Part shown: in pieces, positions 61,150 through 64,000 of the stretch
Numbering within the stretch: position 1 is the stretch's first letter
Layout: every line of letters starts with the position of its first letter
Assembly: GCA_038087875.1 (NCBI GenBank)
Contig: CM076002.1
Coordinates: 496,001 to 560,000, forward strand
Length of the DNA stretch: 64,000 bases
Direction: 5' to 3'
DNA from: Malacoraja senta
Taxonomy: Eukaryota
Notes under the pieces: model-generated
Databases searched by the model: none
Told to the model about the DNA's origin: nothing
What the model saw: the letters and a program-made list of their open reading frames with translations, nothing else
Made by a program: the position numbers and the translations under genes

Positions 61150-64000
61150 GATCATTGGGACCTCTTTTGTGGAAGGTGCAACCTGTACAATAAGGATGGG
61201 TTGCACTTGATCCTGAGGGGGACCGATATCCTGGCAGGGAGATCTGCAAAGGCTACTGGGGAGACTTTAAACTAGAATGGTTGGGGGGGAGGGACTCAAA
61301 TAGAGAAAGCTATTAGACAGTGTGTGAGGCAGGAGGCAGAGAAGGAAAGCACTCAGACCCAACATGTAGGGGGGAAAGAAGAAAACAATAATAAACAGAG
61401 AATAAGAGGTGGTGGGGTTCTTAAATGGGTGAGCAGAGAAACAGAGGGGTGTAAAATGCGGGCGGAAGCAATAGGTAGCAAGGTGAAAAGTAAAATTGGC
61501 AGGCAGACGAATCCAGGGCAAAAATCAAAAAGGGCCACTTTTCAACATAATTGTATAAGGGGTAAGAGCGTTGTTAAAACAAGCCTGAAGACTTTGTGTC
61601 TCAATGCAAGGAGCATTCGTAATAAGGTGGATGAGTTGAACGTGCAGATAGCTATTAATGATTATGATATAGTCGGGATCACGGAGACATGGCTCCAGGG
61701 TGACCAAGGCTGGGAGCTGAACATCCAGGGATATTCAATATTCAGGAGGGATAGAGAGAAAGGAAAAGGTGGTGGGGTAGCGTTGCTGGTTAGAGAGGAG
61801 ATTAACGCAGTGGAAAGGAAGGACATTAGCTTGGAGGATGTGGAATCGGTATGGGTAGAGCTGCGAAACACTAAGGGGCAGAAAACGCTGGTGGGTGTTG
61901 TGTACAGGCCACCTAGCAGTAGTAGTGAAGTTGGGGATGGCATCAAACAGGAAATTAGAAATGCGTGCAACAAAGGCAAAACAGTTATAATGGGTGACTT
62001 CAATCTACATATAGATTGGGTGAATCAAATTGGCAGGGGTGCTGAGGAAGAGGATTTCTTGGAATGTATGCGGGATAGTTATCTAAACCAACATGTAGAG
62101 GAACCAACGAGAGAGCAGGCTATTCTAGACTGGGTATTGAGTAATGAGCAAGGGTTAGTTAGCAGTCTTGTTGTGCGTGCCCCCTTGGGCAAGAGTGACC
62201 ATAATATGGTTGAGTTCTTCATTAGGATGGAGAGTGACATTGTTAATTCAGAAACAACGGTTCTGAACTTAAAGAAAGGTAACTTTGAGGGTATGAGACG
62301 TGAATTGGCCAAGATTGACTGGCAATTAGTTCTAAAAGGGTTGACGGTGGATATGTAATGGTAGGCATTTAAAGACTGCATGGATGAACTACAAAAATTG
62401 TTCATCCGAGTTTGGCAAAAGAATAAATCAGGGAAGGTAGTGCATCCGTGGATAACAAGGGAAATCAGGGATGGTATCAAAGCAAAAGATGATGCGTACA
62501 AATTAGCCAGAAAAAGCAGCATACCAGAGGACTGGGAGAAATTCAGAGACCAGCAGAGGAGGACAAAGGGCTTAATTAGGAAAGGGAAAATAGATTATGA
62601 AAGAAAACTGACAGGGAACATAAAAACTGACTGCAAAAGTTTTTATAGATATGTGAAGAGAAAGAGATTAGTTAAAACAAATGTAGGTCCCTTGCAGTCA
62701 GAAACAGGTGAATTGATCATGGGGAACAAGGATATGGCGGACCAATTGAATAACTACTTTGGTTCCGTCTTCACTAAGGAAGACATAAATAATCTGCCGG
62801 AAATAGCAGGGGACCGCGGGTCAAAGGAGATGGAGGAACTGAGTGAAATCCAGGTTAGTCGGGAAGTGGTGTTGGGTAAATTGAATGGATTAAAGGCCGA
62901 TAAATCACCAGGGCCAGATAGGCTGCATCCCAGAGTACTTAAGGAAGTAGCTCCAGAAATAGTGGATGCATTAGTGATAATTTTTCAAAACTCTTTAGAT
63001 TCTGGAGTAGTTCCTGAGGATTGGAGGGTAGCAAACGTAACCCCACTTTTTAAGAAGGGAGGGAGAGAGAAAACGGGAAATTACAGACCAGTTAGTCTAA
63101 CATCGGTAGTGGGGAAACTGCTGGAGTCAGTTATTAAAGATGGGATAGCAGCACATTTGGAAAGTGTTGAAATCATTGGACAAAGTCAGCATGGATTTAC
63201 GAAAGGTAAATCATGTCTGACGAATCTTATAGAATTTTTCGAGGATGTAACTAGTAGAGTGGATAGGGGAGAACCAGTGGATGTGTTGTATCTGGACTTT
63301 CAGAAGGCTTTTGACAAGGTCCCACATAAGAGATTAGTATACAAACTTAAAGCACACGGTATTGGGGGTTCAGTATTGATGTGGATAGAGAACTGGCTGG
63401 CAAACAGGAAGCAAAGAGTAGGAGTAAACGGGTCCTTTTCACAATGGCAGGCAGTGACTAGTGGGGTACCGCAAGGCTCAGTGCTGGGACCCCAGCTATT
63501 TACAATTTATATTAATGAACTGGATGAGGGAATTGAAGGCAACATCTCCAAGTTTGTGGATGACACTAAGCTGGGGGGCAGTGTTAGCTGTGAGGAGGAT
63601 GCTAGGAGACTGCAAGGTGACTTGGATAGGCTGGGTGAGTGGGCAAATGTTTGGCAGATGCAGTATAATGTGGACAAATGTGAGGTTATCCACTTTGGAG
63701 GCAAAAACAGGAAAGTAGACTATTATCTAAATGGTGGCCGATTAGGAAAAGGGGAGATGCAGCGAGACCTGGGTGTCATGGTACACCAGTCATTGAAAGT
63801 AGGCATGCAGGTGCAGCAGGCAGTGAAGAAAGCGAATGGTATGTTAGCTTTCATAGCAAAAGGATTTGAGTATAGGAGCAGGGAGGTTCTACTGCAGTTG
63901 TACAGGGTCTTGGTGAGACCACACCTGGAGTATTGCGTACATTTTTGGTCTCCAAATCTGAGGAAGGACATTATAGCCATAGAGGGAGTGCAGAGAAGGT
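61150..64000 (+). mobile_element. Young CR1, near-identical to 55456-58211; runs off the window end
   Basis: ORF 61324-62358 (EN) ends at a point stop; RT motifs follow to the window end. Confidence 0.95.

Overview
Eukaryotic, almost entirely transposon-derived window with no recognisable host protein-coding exon. The CR1 tails and Penelope pseudo-LTRs suggest a cartilaginous fish such as a skate or ray (inference). It holds three L1 elements, two DIRS1 tyrosine-recombinase retrotransposons, about 10 CR1 LINE copies or fragments, four Penelope (GIY-YIG) insertions with hammerhead-like motifs, RTE and L2 fragments, a Harbinger-type MITE, a non-autonomous Helitron, and a shattered class I endogenous retrovirus (RNase H, integrase, env). 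Many insertions can be ordered exactly from target-site duplications, including a four-level nest, and an old local segmental duplication supplies reciprocal empty sites. Most interesting: (1) four diverged copies of a GC-rich non-coding retroposon with covarying hairpins, a hypervariable VNTR slot and exchangeable 3' tails; (2) a triplicated non-TE module with E-box + GAS + ISRE motifs and a candidate splice donor; (3) conserved motifs in the L1 inter-ORF spacers; (4) an in-frame ERV env signal peptide / L1 ORF1p chimera. All analysis was done by eye. Boundaries not anchored by a TSD are approximate.
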